Shown: piece after piece, positions 13,336-25,265 of the stretch
Numbering within the stretch: the first letter of the stretch is position 1
Layout of the letters: the number at the start of each line of letters is the position of its first letter
Assembly (NCBI GenBank): GCA_030141605.1
Contig: JAQGDQ010000589.1
Span: forward strand, 62,001-126,000
Length of the DNA: 64,000 bases
Source of the DNA: Tubiluchus corallicola
Lineage: Eukaryota > Animalia > Priapulida
Direction: 5' to 3'
Translations under genes and position numbers: made by a program
Notes under the pieces: generated by a model
What the model was told of the DNA's origin: nothing
Seen by the model: the letters and a program-made list of their open reading frames with translations, nothing else
Databases searched by the model: none

Positions 13336-15021
13336 ATGCTTGATATTAAAGCGGTACAAGAAACGGAATTTCGGTGTCCATTAGTTGTGTTATTTCACAT
13401 CACTGTTTTCTTGATATTTTATTGCTTTTTAGCAGTTGCTCCCATTGATGACATCTAATGCTTCCTGACTAATATATACATCATCTGCACACATAGACTA
13501 CAAACTCATAGTGCACCAATGTCTGGAATCGAACCTGCCCTGTATTAAAAAGGATGAATCACTACTGCCAAAATTCCTAGAAAACCATAAGTTCATTTTC
13601 TGTCAAACCTATAATGGGAGCCTATGTCACACTTTCTCTTGTTTCATTTTCCATTATTTTGTCAGCAAAATAACACCAGCTACCATGGCGAGCCTCGCGT
13701 TTTTTATTCAAGTTTTTTTTTTATTTTAATATAGCGGCGCCTTTGCTTTTCATATCAAGATGGTAGCACACATGTTTTTCAGTTCAAAATGGCACAACCT
13801 TTGTTTTTTAAATTAAAGAATGTGGCACATACGTTTGTTTCCATTGTGTTTCCATTATCACATCTTAGTAGAGCAAGAGTTGTCTTTGAATAGTTTTCTG
13901 AATTTGTTGCTTATTGTGAAGTGTTGTTGTCTACGTATAACTGTAGATCAACGAAAGCCACAATTATATACTTTCATTGCTCATGTTGTCGGGTTTTACA
14001 AATAAGAAAAATAATATTTTTATGAAAAATGGCGACAACATGTGGTCATCATATAAAAACAGAACTTCTAGCAAATTAAATTCGCCTAATCGGGCTTGTT
14101 TTTACAATAAAAGTATTTTTGTAAATAAGGTAGGCCAACATTTATTGCGAGATATATTGCTGACCATGTTTTCAGTTATTGCCACAAAAATCTTTACACT
14201 AACATCCAATATGTTGCTCTGTTCTTGCTCTTGTGGGTTGTTTACACATCTGGTAAAAGCACATTTACAGGGGTATATTTATTAAAGTTTACGCGGTTTA
14301 AAAACATCGCAAAATTTGATGGAATCTCGAGAAAGGGCGCAAATAGGACGCTTTCTAGGAGCTGCCTACCTAGTGGAGCAAGACTGCTTCTTTCTCTAGC
14401 TATCATTGTTTCTGCATCTTCATGCTTTAATACTCGTAATTCTGACAGAAAAAAGTTTTTTGTTGTTTGGAGACAAGTTGCTGCGAGCAGCTAAATCTTT
14501 TCCAACTAAATCTTTAGCAATCATTTCTAATCTCTGAAAAGGTTCCATTTGCTTTAAATTTTGCAGCATAAAGATTGTCAGTATTAACCAGGCATCACGA
14601 TTATTTTCAAGAACAAATAACTGAATAAAGGAATATTATTCCATTCATGCACGCAATTTGTTGAATTTGTCTTGCACGTATGCCAGCCTTTACGTAAAAT
14701 TAAACTTCAAACAAGAACACGAAACTTTTATAACAGTTTTATTGTGAAATTTCATCTTTATTACTTCTTTTACAAAATCGCTGTAAAAGCATATTTTACA
14801 TTTTGCTAAGTCAGCGTTTTTACCTAACACAACAAGATAAGTTAAACATGTTTTATTTACAGCATACAATCAACCTTGCAAGAGTGCATGAAAAACACGT
14901 CCCACTAATTGTAGTAAGAGAACGGGTTGCAAATTGCAAATTATTGTATTACATATGGATATTAACATAACAAGCCCTGAATACACAGATTCACGCAAAT
15001 GGAAATTGATGAAATATTATG

Positions 15022-15125
15022 TCCTTATGTCCAAATGACCTATGTGTCCAATTTGCCTTGCGTCCAAGTAATCCATGGGTCCAAGTTGCCTTCTGCGCAA
15101 ATGACCGATGTGTCCCCAAATGTCT
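15022..15125. repeat. Degenerate ~16-bp tandem repeat (tgtccaa-based)
   Basis: About six imperfect units, e.g. tgtccaaatgaccta / tgtccaatttgcctt / ggtccaagttgcctt. Confidence 0.55.
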
Positions 15126-15477
15126 ATATCGAAATCTTTGCCCAGCTTTTGCACAGAAATCAATGCGCAATTACATTTTCAAATTTAAGAAATCGTGAAT
15201 GGAAAAAATAGTTTTGATAAAACACGAAGATTCAAGACAAATGTTTTTAATAATTGTGTTTTTTTTTACTACATAATTTGCAAAAACATGCAAAATGCTT
15301 TTGATCCCGCAATACCCTGCACAATGCTAAAGCCACAAAAACGTTCATTTAATATGCTAGTATGTGTTAGGAAAAGTTACAGGAGAGAACAGGTCGGTAG
15401 TGATACATGCTTTGAGTGTGCGCGTATAATAAGCAATCGTTGATCCACTGTAAAGAATCATACCTGCAAATATAAGG

Positions 15478-16560
15478 ATGCGGACAAACATCATATCTGT
15501 TATTTTCTCTTTCAGATATTATAAAAGAAGAGCATACTTTTATACTGGATTAGTTCTTGCTGTTTTATTTCTTAATGCACAACGAAATATTTTGCAATTT
15601 AGCCTTGATAACTGCTATTCTAATAAAATAAATTCTGTTAATTATGGTAAAGATGTGAAGAACTTTTTGTTTTCGTCCTCTATACAATTAAAAAAGAGTG
15701 ATATTTACTGTGGACAAGCCTGTGATATCAACAGTCAACATTTTCAACAGTCGCCTGGCTTGGACTATCCAGTATTACATAAACACTTTGACTGTCTTTC
15801 TCTTATGCAGCGTTTGTATTTAGAGGAACCAGCTGAGCAATGGCCTCCTCCACGTGCGCCACCAACAGAATTATTTGATGAATTTACAATGTATGGAAAA
15901 ATGCCTTTAGTTTTACAGCAACGTTGGTACTTTGCTTCCAACTATGCAAAAACTAGAAAAGAATTGTTTACACCGGAGATAATGTCAAAGTTGCAAAAAA
16001 CTGCATCAGAAGGAAAAAACATTTCAGTTTATGGCATTCACGCAATGCAAGTCGTAGAGGAAGCTTTAGATATGTACAGAGAAAAGATAGAAGGTAAACA
16101 TGGTTTTGTTATTGGCACAGAATATCCATGGATCGAAGCTTTACTGCTTAATAGAAACGTTGGTCACATCACAACAATGGATTACAGTGATCTTGTGTCA
16201 TATCACAGTAAAATATCAACAATTTTGCCTAAAATCCTATCAAAGCAATATCTTCGTCATCCAAGGCCATTATTTGATTTTGGAATCAGCTATTCTTCAA
16301 TAGAACACAGTGGACTTGGACGCTATGGCGATGCATTGAATCCAAGTGGTGATTTGGAGACCATGGCTCAGGCTTGGTGCTTAGTTAAACCAGGAGGTTA
16401 TTTCTTTCTGAATGTGGAAACAGATCATGGTAGAAGCTATTTAGCATGGAATGCACACAGAGTTTATGGAAATGAAAGACTAAAGCACCTCACTGCAAAC
16501 TGGAATGTTTCAACAGTTTTATACAAAAATAGGCAAATTCTGAGAATAATGAAAAAGTAG
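15478..16560 (+). CDS. DUF268-family, class I SAM-methyltransferase-like protein with N-terminal type II membrane anchor
   Basis: Intact 360-aa ORF with VIGTEYPWIEALLL, TTMDYS, FDFGISYSSIEHSGLGRYGDALNPSGDL, CLVKPGG and WNAHRVYG; anchor KRRAYFYTGLVLAVLFL. An acceptor-like ttttctctttcag ending at 15515 means the true start may lie in an upstream exon. Confidence 0.85.
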   Translation: MRTNIISVIFSFRYYKRRAYFYTGLVLAVLFLNAQRNILQFSLDNCYSNKINSVNYGKDVKNFLFSSSIQLKKSDIYCGQACDINSQHFQQSPGLDYPVLHKHFDCLSLMQRLYLEEPAEQWPPPRAPPTELFDEFTMYGKMPLVLQQRWYFASNYAKTRKELFTPEIMSKLQKTASEGKNISVYGIHAMQVVEEALDMYREKIEGKHGFVIGTEYPWIEALLLNRNVGHITTMDYSDLVSYHSKISTILPKILSKQYLRHPRPLFDFGISYSSIEHSGLGRYGDALNPSGDLETMAQAWCLVKPGGYFFLNVETDHGRSYLAWNAHRVYGNERLKHLTANWNVSTVLYKNRQILRIMKK

Positions 16561-17689
16561 CCACGTTTACCATTTAAAAAGTTGTGCCAGTTCTAAAAGA
16601 ACAGTTATAGTTTAATGCTACAGTTCATCTAATTTAACCTAATGTATAATTTACGTGGTTTTTGTTTAAAGTACATGTAAGTAAATTATATTATTTTACA
16701 TTACATGTTCTGCTATCGAGTAATAATCACAAGGGTAGTTGGAATAACCTCTGGACGGTTTGAGCCAGAACTGTCAGTGGGCGATGGGTCTACAAACGCC
16801 ACATCCTGAAAGCAGACCAAACGGCCGGCAGACATTAAGCCAGCTTTATAAAAGCGGGAAACAGAGCCAACCAAAATGCTTGACTAACCTACTAATCGTT
16901 AAATAGATTTTACACAGAAAACTACTGATTAGACCTTAGCCGACCAAGTGGTTTTTATATTACCATAAAGACAAAGCAGGGTAAAAAATCACCACATGAA
17001 AGCTTTGCTTGATAGTGTTACTAATTGGATAGAATGTGTTCACTGTTTAGTTCTGAGATTTCCACTTCGTCTTCACTTGTCGGATCTTGTAAAATTTCAT
17101 CTTCATCAGCTTTAATCTTAGTCACCTGCCCATATTACTAAATGAAGAATGTTCCACAAACAATAATAGGAAATTTCCTCAATAGATTGTTAGAAAAATC
17201 TCTTTGTAGAACTGTAGGTCAGATTGGAGGTTTGCAGCACATCTTAGTCTTAAAAGAAAACACACGGTGTTGATAGAAAGAAAAATACTGCAATGTAAAT
17301 TCAAAAAAAGTCCTTACATAAAAGACCACTCATGCACTCTTACATCTGGCACTCGTGCTGGGCAAAAAGCATGAATAACACTTTTCAACAAAACCAAGGT
17401 AAGGTTGCATAACAAATCGAAAAATATTTAATCACTGCTAGTTTGAAAATTTTTCGTTGCGTGCATGAATATATAAAATGTGAAACATAAAATATATATA
17501 TATATATATATGTGTTATGCATCACGTGACCTACCGCTTCGCTTATGTGTTAATGCGCCATATTGGACAGTAGAAAGTGATGAGGTTGTACGTATGCGCT
17601 GAAAGCTATTATTGCTGGTAGATAAGTTGCAAGTTTTGCAGTTATAAAGTATTAAAGATAGCTAAATGAATTCGTGGTTAGCAGTTTAA

Positions 17690-18480
17690 GTAATGTGTTA
17701 CAAATTGAAGCAAAAATTCCATGCAAAGAAAAACGCCGTGAACTTGGGTTGGGTTCAGTGGACCAATATTCTATTCTGCCGACTATGGGAAGTATTCTGG
17801 ATGAAACGATTGTGAACTATAGAATTTTTAATACATCTTCTTATACGGACAAGGTGCTGAAGGCGTATAAAAGTTTTATGCTTTTAAAACTTTGTGGCTG
17901 GTTTTGTTCACAATGTCAGAATCTGAAAAGTTTACAACACTTCCAAATTACATTGCATTTAGTAAGGTGAGATTTTAATTTAGCATGCTAAAGAATTTTT
18001 ACTAGCACTGCGTTTTTTATTTAATTATCTTAAATTTACTGCGGATTAGAAGATTGCCTGTTAATAATCATTTTGCTCATAATGGAATTCTAATGATTTT
18101 TGTAAGGCTACAAGTTTAAACAAGCATTAAAGTATATGCTTTGCAGCTATGCCTGAAACTGTTAAACACTATAAAAAATTGGCAGCAGCATTGAGCTTCA
18201 AAAAGTATTAACAAATTTTGAAATTTTTGAAGAGCTGCCTTAAACTTACAATGTGATTTTAATTAAAATTTTCAATTTTCGCCTGTTACGTATGTTTAAC
18301 ATAACTGTCTGGGTGTGCATGACCACCAATGGTCAAATCTTATCAGGACATTGTGTATGCATGGCCGGACTAGGAGAATGTTGCTCGCACGTGGCTGCAA
18401 CTTTGTTTATTGTGGAAGCAGCCAAAAAATCAAACTTTAGCAGCCAAAGTGCACATCCCCTTCTGGTGCTTGGTCGAAAT
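17690..18480 (+). mobile_element. Degraded SWIM-finger ORF of the type carried by ISL2EU/Harbinger-related DNA transposons (YqaJ/SWIM gene)
   Basis: IVNYRIFNTSSYTDKVLKAYKS, and SWIM finger GQILSGHCVCMAGLGECCSHVAATLFIVEAA. Confidence 0.6.
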
Positions 18481-19204
18481 TGATTTCATGAGTCCTGCCA
18501 GAAAAATAAAGTGTGAAACAAACTTAACGGAAGACTTAAATTGCTGCTCGTCTTCACGTAATACACGTATCAGGTGAAGAAATGCAACAGAAAAGAAAAT
18601 CATTTTACAAACAGTTATACAAAACGAGTGCCGTTGCTCTAAAGCACAAGAAAAACCTCCACTTACATAAAGCTTACTATAAAGCTCCCATACTATAGGA
18701 GCAATGCATGACTTATCCCACCATATTGCCGCGCGTTGTGCACATCTACTGCTAGTTGTTTGTGGTTGTACCTTATCAAGGGTTTATTGCCTGTTCATGC
18801 GGGTTTCGGGACAGTAAAGAAAATGCGCGACGATGTGCACATTTTTCCGTGACGTCAGTGATTTTGCGCTAAAACAGATCGACAGCTTGTGCAAAGCCCC
18901 GTCTACAGGGAAAAAAACGTGATATGTGCTCGCCAATACTGGCAATTTGTCAATTATTGCAGAAAATCATGAAACTGTATCATTGTTACATATGTATATG
19001 ACCGGACACAAGCAATTGTCAGGCTCATCATTGTAAAAAAGACTGAAAAATTAGACTGTAGCTGCTTATGGTGATCCGTTAATTCGTGTGAGTCAGTGTG
19101 CGTAAATAGTCAAGAAATTTCGTTAAACCACAAATTGCGAGTCACAAAACCAACGTTTGTTACATACAAAGTTGTCAAGCTGCAGGTTCTCTTCTGCTAA
19201 ACGT

Positions 19205-21636
19205 ATTAGACTGCTGTCCGCTTTTAACAGAGGCAGGGGGGTGGCACCGCAGCCTACACCATGCGGCATGTCCCAATTAAGTCCTTCAACACCAAACCAA
19301 AACAGAACCCGAATAATAGAGTCGAAATGACAATTTATTACTAAATATTACACCGTCAACAAGGAACAAACAGCTTACCTAGAAGAACGGAGTTGGCGGC
19401 AAAGCCTGTGAAATGTGAACAGAGCTGCAATGAAAGACACGACCACTGACAAGGGCCTACAGCAGACCTTCCCTTTTTATAAGCTCAGGTGTGCATGTGA
19501 CTAGTGGGTTTTACTAACATAGGGTCAGAATACGAGTCTGTGCTAGATAAAGCCACGTTCACATGCACACCTGATAAGTCTACTGTATTCCCATGCCAGC
19601 ATTACACTTCATCTCATCGGAGCCCTGCAGTACACTGTCCCCCTTCCCCCCAGACAAAGAAGTCCCTCCTTTGAAGATCTAGTCTTCCATCGGGAGGGAG
19701 AAGAACAGCCACCCACACAGACCAGAAAGCAAGCCCGACCACTGCTAATCGGCAATACAAAAAGTTTTTATTCCTTCCATTAATCAAATAGAATCACAGA
19801 AATATTTTGTAAAGACTGGCAATTCTACAAAACAACATGAGCTAGTGCATAACGCCTACTGAATTACAAATTAAAAGATGAAAACAATGTCAGTTTTTTC
19901 GTTTGAATAAGATTAAGTTAAACATTGCATTTCTAGTAACAACAATTTCAATATAACGGCGAGTCGACTTAGAAAACTTCCAACTAAATATGCCTAAGTA
20001 TGTCTACCTAATAATGCAAAAATGTGCTATCCGCAAATAAACGTAAACGTAGCATAAATAATCAGCACGATCTGCAGTTCGTAATGATTCACCAGTATCA
20101 ATTATCATGTCTCAACAAGCAAATGCAAGTAAGGTGTGAGGTGTGGACTAGCCCTTAGTCAAGCAACAACGCATCCGATACCACTGACGTAACACCTTGG
20201 TTGGTAGAGCTTGCCTGGAAAAGATCAACGTTAGTAGTACTCATGTCAAGCATACAGTTAGTCCAAGTGAATTTTCACTGGAGACGACGCATAAGATTTA
20301 TTGAGCTTATTGGCTTCTATGCCGAAAAACGTCGATTTCCAAATAAGGTGTGCTGTACAACAGAAGAAAAAAGGTAGTTAATCTACTTACACCATCTATA
20401 TTCATAGCAGGAAACAAAAAAAGGTGCAAAACGTTTATATGCCACTTTATCTTTAAATAAAACAACATCTTTGATGAGCAAAAACAATCGCTGACAACTT
20501 AAATTTGTAAAAAAAACTTCTCACCTTACTGTCTGATTGATTTAGGCAACTGAGGGTTGGTCAGTGGTTAAAGTCTCTCTGTTCACATGGTAACGAATGG
20601 ACCAAGGCCTTGCCACGAAACTAGAAATAGGACCTCTATGGACAAAAGCAACAACAATAAACATCAATTATCGAGAAAGAAAAAACTAATTAGAACTAGC
20701 CAACAACTGAATTCAGTTGATTTAAAACAACGAAATTAAGATTTTCGATCACGACTGTTTACTTGTACATCTTAGATGAAACAGTCCAAACAAACAGTAA
20801 TTGTTTAGCAAAAAGCAAAATGTTTGTCCTGCCATTTTTCTCTTGAGATAAATGTTAGAACAAATGACAATTTACAATAATCTATTTTTTAAAGTTAAAA
20901 TCACAATTAAGAAATAAGTTCAAAAATCTTTTAATTAAAGAAAACACATTCGATTTCCAATACCGTCATTTAAAAACGTAGAAGAAAAACTAATATGTTC
21001 GCCTCTACCAGGAATCCATTCGTTAATGAATTGTCGAGTTGATTCGTCGGGAATAAATTCAGCAGAGTCGGCTGAGTAAGTAAATTAAGTGTAGTTGACT
21101 CTGAGAAATCAACTCCTTCGGGTGTGGATGTTCGTGATTTTGGTACAGGCGGAGTGAATGTGGGCAATGAAAGCCGTACATCACCGCTGGATGAATTGTC
21201 ATGGGAAAGGAAAAGTGGATCACGAATAAAAATTAAGGCTGGCATGGAGGAATTAAGTAGTTCTGGAATTTGGGCTGGAAAACTCGATGCATTTTCATTG
21301 TGCTCATCATTATAATCAGCTATTCTGCATGGTGAGTATGAAGGTGGCGGCAATTTGAAGGAATCGAGAGATACAGATCGGTCAACTGCAATCAGCTGTG
21401 GCTCGAATTCAATGTTTTGTTTAGTTTTAGATTTATCGATACCCATATCAGATAATTCATTGAGTGAAGGCGTTTCACCAGGTGTCCAAGAAAATCCAGT
21501 TGCTGTTGTAACGCCATAGACGATCAGCATGAACAATTTGGCATCTTTGTCTTGGTCCCGGAATACGATAGACAACATATGTGAGGCGTGTTATGATTTG
21601 ATAAGGTCCCTGCCAATCAGACTGAAGCTTTGGACT
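19205..21636 (-). mobile_element. 5'-truncated Gypsy copy (integrase C-terminus, 3' region, PPT, 3' LTR), inverted relative to 6730-10224
   Basis: 19776-21636 is a near-identical reverse complement of 8271-10224, apart from small indels including one of ~80 nt. PPT (minus-strand GGGGGGAAGGGGGA) at 19638-19651, then an LTR starting TGTA at 19634 that contains TATAAAAA and AATAAA. Confidence 0.9.
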
Positions 21637-22564
21637 CGAGAACAAAAGTGGAAGTGCACCACGGGTAGTGCCATTTACGGCCTAAGCTTGCTGGGTAACA
21701 AGCTTACATAGGTTGCAGTCTGGCCGTGACTTTCTTACTGGCAGAGGCTGACCTCGCAGCCTCTCAGACTGATAGCAAAGTCGTACTCCTACCCCATCGG
21801 GGGGGGCCAACCGGCCATACTCCAGCGACAAATGGCTAAAAGGAGACGCACATGCCCCATGGCGATCCAACTTGGCGTTCAGTTGGGTAGGGGAGAAAAA
21901 CAGCCAAGCTGCTGGGTCCCGGCTTTGGATCCCTCCACTTTACGCGGACTACCTTTAGTGGCAGAAACAGTTATCAGTTGGCAAAAATGATAAAGATAAT
22001 GCCGGAAGGGTACATGGAAACGACGAGGCAGCGCGAGATACCTCGGCGTCGACTTATGGTCTGTTTACGGACAAAGAGACTGGTACAACGATAACACTTA
22101 ATTATCCTGTGCAGGTCAGCGACCGCTGTCCTGTGTGTGCGAAGGCGATTCACGACTGGAAGTCGGCGAAATTGCATGTGAAAGTAAGCCATGGATTGGG
22201 TGTCCATAGGCTTGAATTCCGATGTGTGAAGTGCGAAAAACTGTGGCCATCACACCAGAGTGCCTGCTGCCATTACAGGTATAGTTCCACCAGAGTACTT
22301 GAAGAAACAGCTCAAGCAAGTGGTGGTACCGAGCCGTCACAGGATGATGCTCACCGCTGTCCCAAATGTTCCCGTACCTTTAATACACACGCGGGACGGC
22401 AACAGCATAGAAGGTGGGCTCATCCTGTTGAATATAACAACAGTCTCCCTGGACCCAGGGGGAAGAGGGCCGACGGCGCTGGTACACCGTGTACGGACGA
22501 CGAATTCAGGCTCACGGCCGAACAGGAGCTCAAGTTCCACCCCAATACACGGGTCTCCAATTAG
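21637..22564 (+). mobile_element. 5' fragment of an R2-like (R2-A architecture) non-LTR retrotransposon: structured leader, three zinc fingers and the start of a Myb-like domain
   Basis: CPVC..H....H, FRCVKC..HQSACCH (CCHC-type), CPKCSRTFNTHAGRQQHRRWAHPVEYN, then TDDEFRLTAEQE (Myb-like). The GC-rich leader contains several hairpins. Confidence 0.75.
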
Positions 22565-23096
22565 CTACAACAGTCTGAGCCTCCTGAGCATCACGAAATT
22601 GAAGCTGTACATTACCTCTTGTGGTTTTGAAGGCCAAATCAAATCTCAGTTTCGGAAAATGTATGCTAATGCGCTTCTTAATAAGCGTACTATTAGCAAT
22701 CAAATCTCCTCTTTTCACATTCTCTATAATTACAGTTTTGTTCGGCTCGTATTCAACAGTTCTTCGGTTCATTGGTTTAACTATACTACCTGCTGGACGA
22801 GCTACAGAATCGTTTCCATTTGAAGTACTTCTGCATTAGTTTACCTGCATAAGACATCTTCTGTATAGAATTATTTTTCCGTGATTCATCTTCTGAATTC
22901 TAGCAAGAGACTGTGCATGACTAGTTTTTAACTTTACCAAGGCACCAGTAACATTGTTCAACTCTTTGGAAAGGCAATTATTTTGTGTAAATATTTTGCA
23001 TAAATATTTTGTGTAAATACTCACAATCGTTAGCGTCGCCCTAGGATATTTTGTCATCCTTGCGTCCAATGAGTGCAGAGTGGTAGGCGAAGTCAT
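22560..23096 (-). pseudogene. Possible LINE ORF1 remnant (coiled-coil/RRM-like)
   Basis: KTVIIENVKRGDLIANS...FPKLRFDLAFKTTRGNVQLQFRDAQEAQTVVANW resembles LINE ORF1 RRM regions; frameshifted. Confidence 0.35.
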
Positions 23097-23175
23097 AATT
23101 GCTTTCGTTTCGTGATTATTATTATTTGACGAACATTTTTCTTGTACACATTTGTTACAAATTTCAAGTACACCA

Positions 23176-23195
23176 AGAAAGAGAAAGGGAGAGAA

Positions 23196-23238
<43 letters not shown>

Positions 23239-23245
23239 AAGAGAG

Positions 23246-23276
<31 letters not shown>

Positions 23277-23300
23277 AGGAAAGCGAGTGAGAGAGAAAAA
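23176..23300. repeat. Imperfect (GA)n microsatellite
   Basis: Seen directly in the sequence. Confidence 0.9.
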
Positions 23301-23356
23301 GATGGATGGAGACAGAGGGTGAGCGGATGAAGTCTTATACTAATTGTTCTGCATCA

Positions 23357-23721
23357 TCACATAAGATATGAATCAGGCAAAGGTCTATGGCCATTGTCCA
23401 TAAACGTTTTTGATAATTCAGTGACATAATTATTAACTCGCTGCTGAAAACCAGGAATGATGTGGTAATACTGAGTAAAATACGTGTCGTTTATTGTATA
23501 TGGTCTTTTTATCTGTTGTCCTGGGTACTTTTCTGCACATTGCAAACGTGATTTGTTCTGTCCTAGAAAGCTTAAGACAGGTTCCAACTCTCTAGTCAAA
23601 TTCGACTTTAGTTTTTCGTAGATAACAACGTAAATGTCTGCAGGTGACTTCAACAGCCAGTTGGTGTAAAAGCTGAACCAGTGGTCGTGCAAAAATGGTC
23701 CGTTTAGAAACTCAAGCCATC
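23357..23721 (-). CDS. WSCD-family sulfotransferase, last exon
   Basis: Acceptor ttgtttcag|GATGG (phase 1); encodes WLEFL..HWFSFYTNWL..VVIYEKLKSNL.REL..VLSFLG...RLQCA...KRP, ending at TGA 23357-23359. Confidence 0.8.
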
Positions 23722-25047
23722 CTGAAACAATAGCATAAAGAATTTCATTGATTGCTTATACGTCTATAAAAGCTTCCACACAAAGACATGTTACTTAGCA
23801 TTACCCTTACTTTCTGGTAAGACTCAGGTAATGGTAATTTCATTGATAATTTGGTAATTTACTACTCTTGGCAATTTAACATCCTTGTACATACTCGTAA
23901 AATGTCAAAGACTGGACTTTCCAGTGTGCACTACTGACTCACCAAAAATCGTGTTTTTAAAGGAAAATGGGATGATTTTTCATATCCTAGCCAATTTTGA
24001 AAATACATTTCAGCACCTATAATAAGCATCCGATTATCGAATAATAGCTTAAAAACTTTACTAGTGAATGATTGATTGATTAATTGATTGATTAATTTAT
24101 TTGTCTCATTTCATACGTGTACATACTATTTAATAATACACAGTTCACCCTTAATGGCGAAAGACCATAATGGTCACCTTTTAGCCGCCCTTAATGGCGG
24201 GCGAATCAAACTATTGATGACACTAAAATTGATTATAATTTTTAACTGTACAAACATTTTTGAGAGTGTTGCACATATCTGCGAAAGGTAAATTTGAAGC
24301 ACCATGGTACTGTCCAACATTCGTTGTGATATTAGTCCTTTATAGGATTTTGGGGGTGAAGTACATTTGTCAACAAGTATAAAAAAGTTTCAACTGTGTC
24401 TACGAAATAAACAACAATGCACATCACTTCAATATAATGAAACATGTATTACCAAAAAAGGTGATCAGTAATTTATCTGTAATTATATTTTTCAAAAAAT
24501 ATATGCATTGTGCTGCATTCGAAAAAAGAAACACTTTACACAGTAAGCAGGACTGATTTAGTTCATGCATGAGCTCTCGAACAAAACCTTTCAATATTCT
24601 ATAAAGTAAACTGTTTTAAGTTATAGTTTAAGACTGGGTCCGGTTTTTCTCTAAATCTAATTGACAAGGAAAATGAAACTTATACTTTGGCTAAGTTAGT
24701 GAATTGTGCCCAACCAATGCCTTGATCATTTTTTCAAACTTTACTCAGTGTTATCTAAATTGATTCGAGCGACTTTTACACGGCTGCGTCTTTTAGCTTT
24801 ATGTAAGCAAAGGGTTTTTCTTATGCTTTAATGTGTTTAATGGGTTGCTGTTGTATTCTTTTGATGTTCTGTTAATGTCAACGTGTCTCTCATATTGAAC
24901 ATACACGTTGTTGGCAACATCGTGGCTAAAATCGTTATTAATGCCATTACAATCACCATCATCATTGTCATTATTGTTATCGAATTAGTCACGGCATTTT
25001 GAAAACGGTTTTTCAGTTATATATTGCGCAATTATTCACATACGTAC

Positions 25048-25265
25048 TGTTCAAAAATTTGGGGTTTCTATAGTCTGGTGCTCCACTCTTCCTCAATGAT
25101 GGGATAAAAAAGACCATTCTTTTAAACTCGGCATACACAACATCATAAGGCTTTCGAACCACAAGGATAGTGGCTGCAAAGTCCTTCAATGTGTCACTGT
25201 CTGTGTTTTAACAGCAATCGTCTTTCCATCAAAAGGCTTTAATCTTTTCACGTTATTAGGCCAAC
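25048..25265 (-). pseudogene. WSCD-family sulfotransferase, middle exon with a 1-nt frameshift
   Basis: NAGNAG acceptor (tag|cag|G) and donor A|gtacgt. Reads IAVKT[H] and then, in the shifted frame, ILVVRKPYDVVYAEFKR (3'-phosphate-binding region). The exon is 218 nt, one short of a multiple of 3 between phase-1 junctions. Confidence 0.8.

Noticed and set aside
14150-14620. Possible piggyBac transposase C-terminal remnant (minus)
   Set aside because: Only a vague KKLFLSEL and Cys-rich resemblance with stops; not supportable without an HMM search.
16960-17400. Possible Harbinger DDE remnant (minus)
   Set aside because: Similarity is too weak to call by eye.
21680-21790. Group I intron P/Q/R-like or hammerhead core in the R2-like leader
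   Set aside because: No S element or P7 partner is present, and CTGATAG does not match the CUGANGA hammerhead core.
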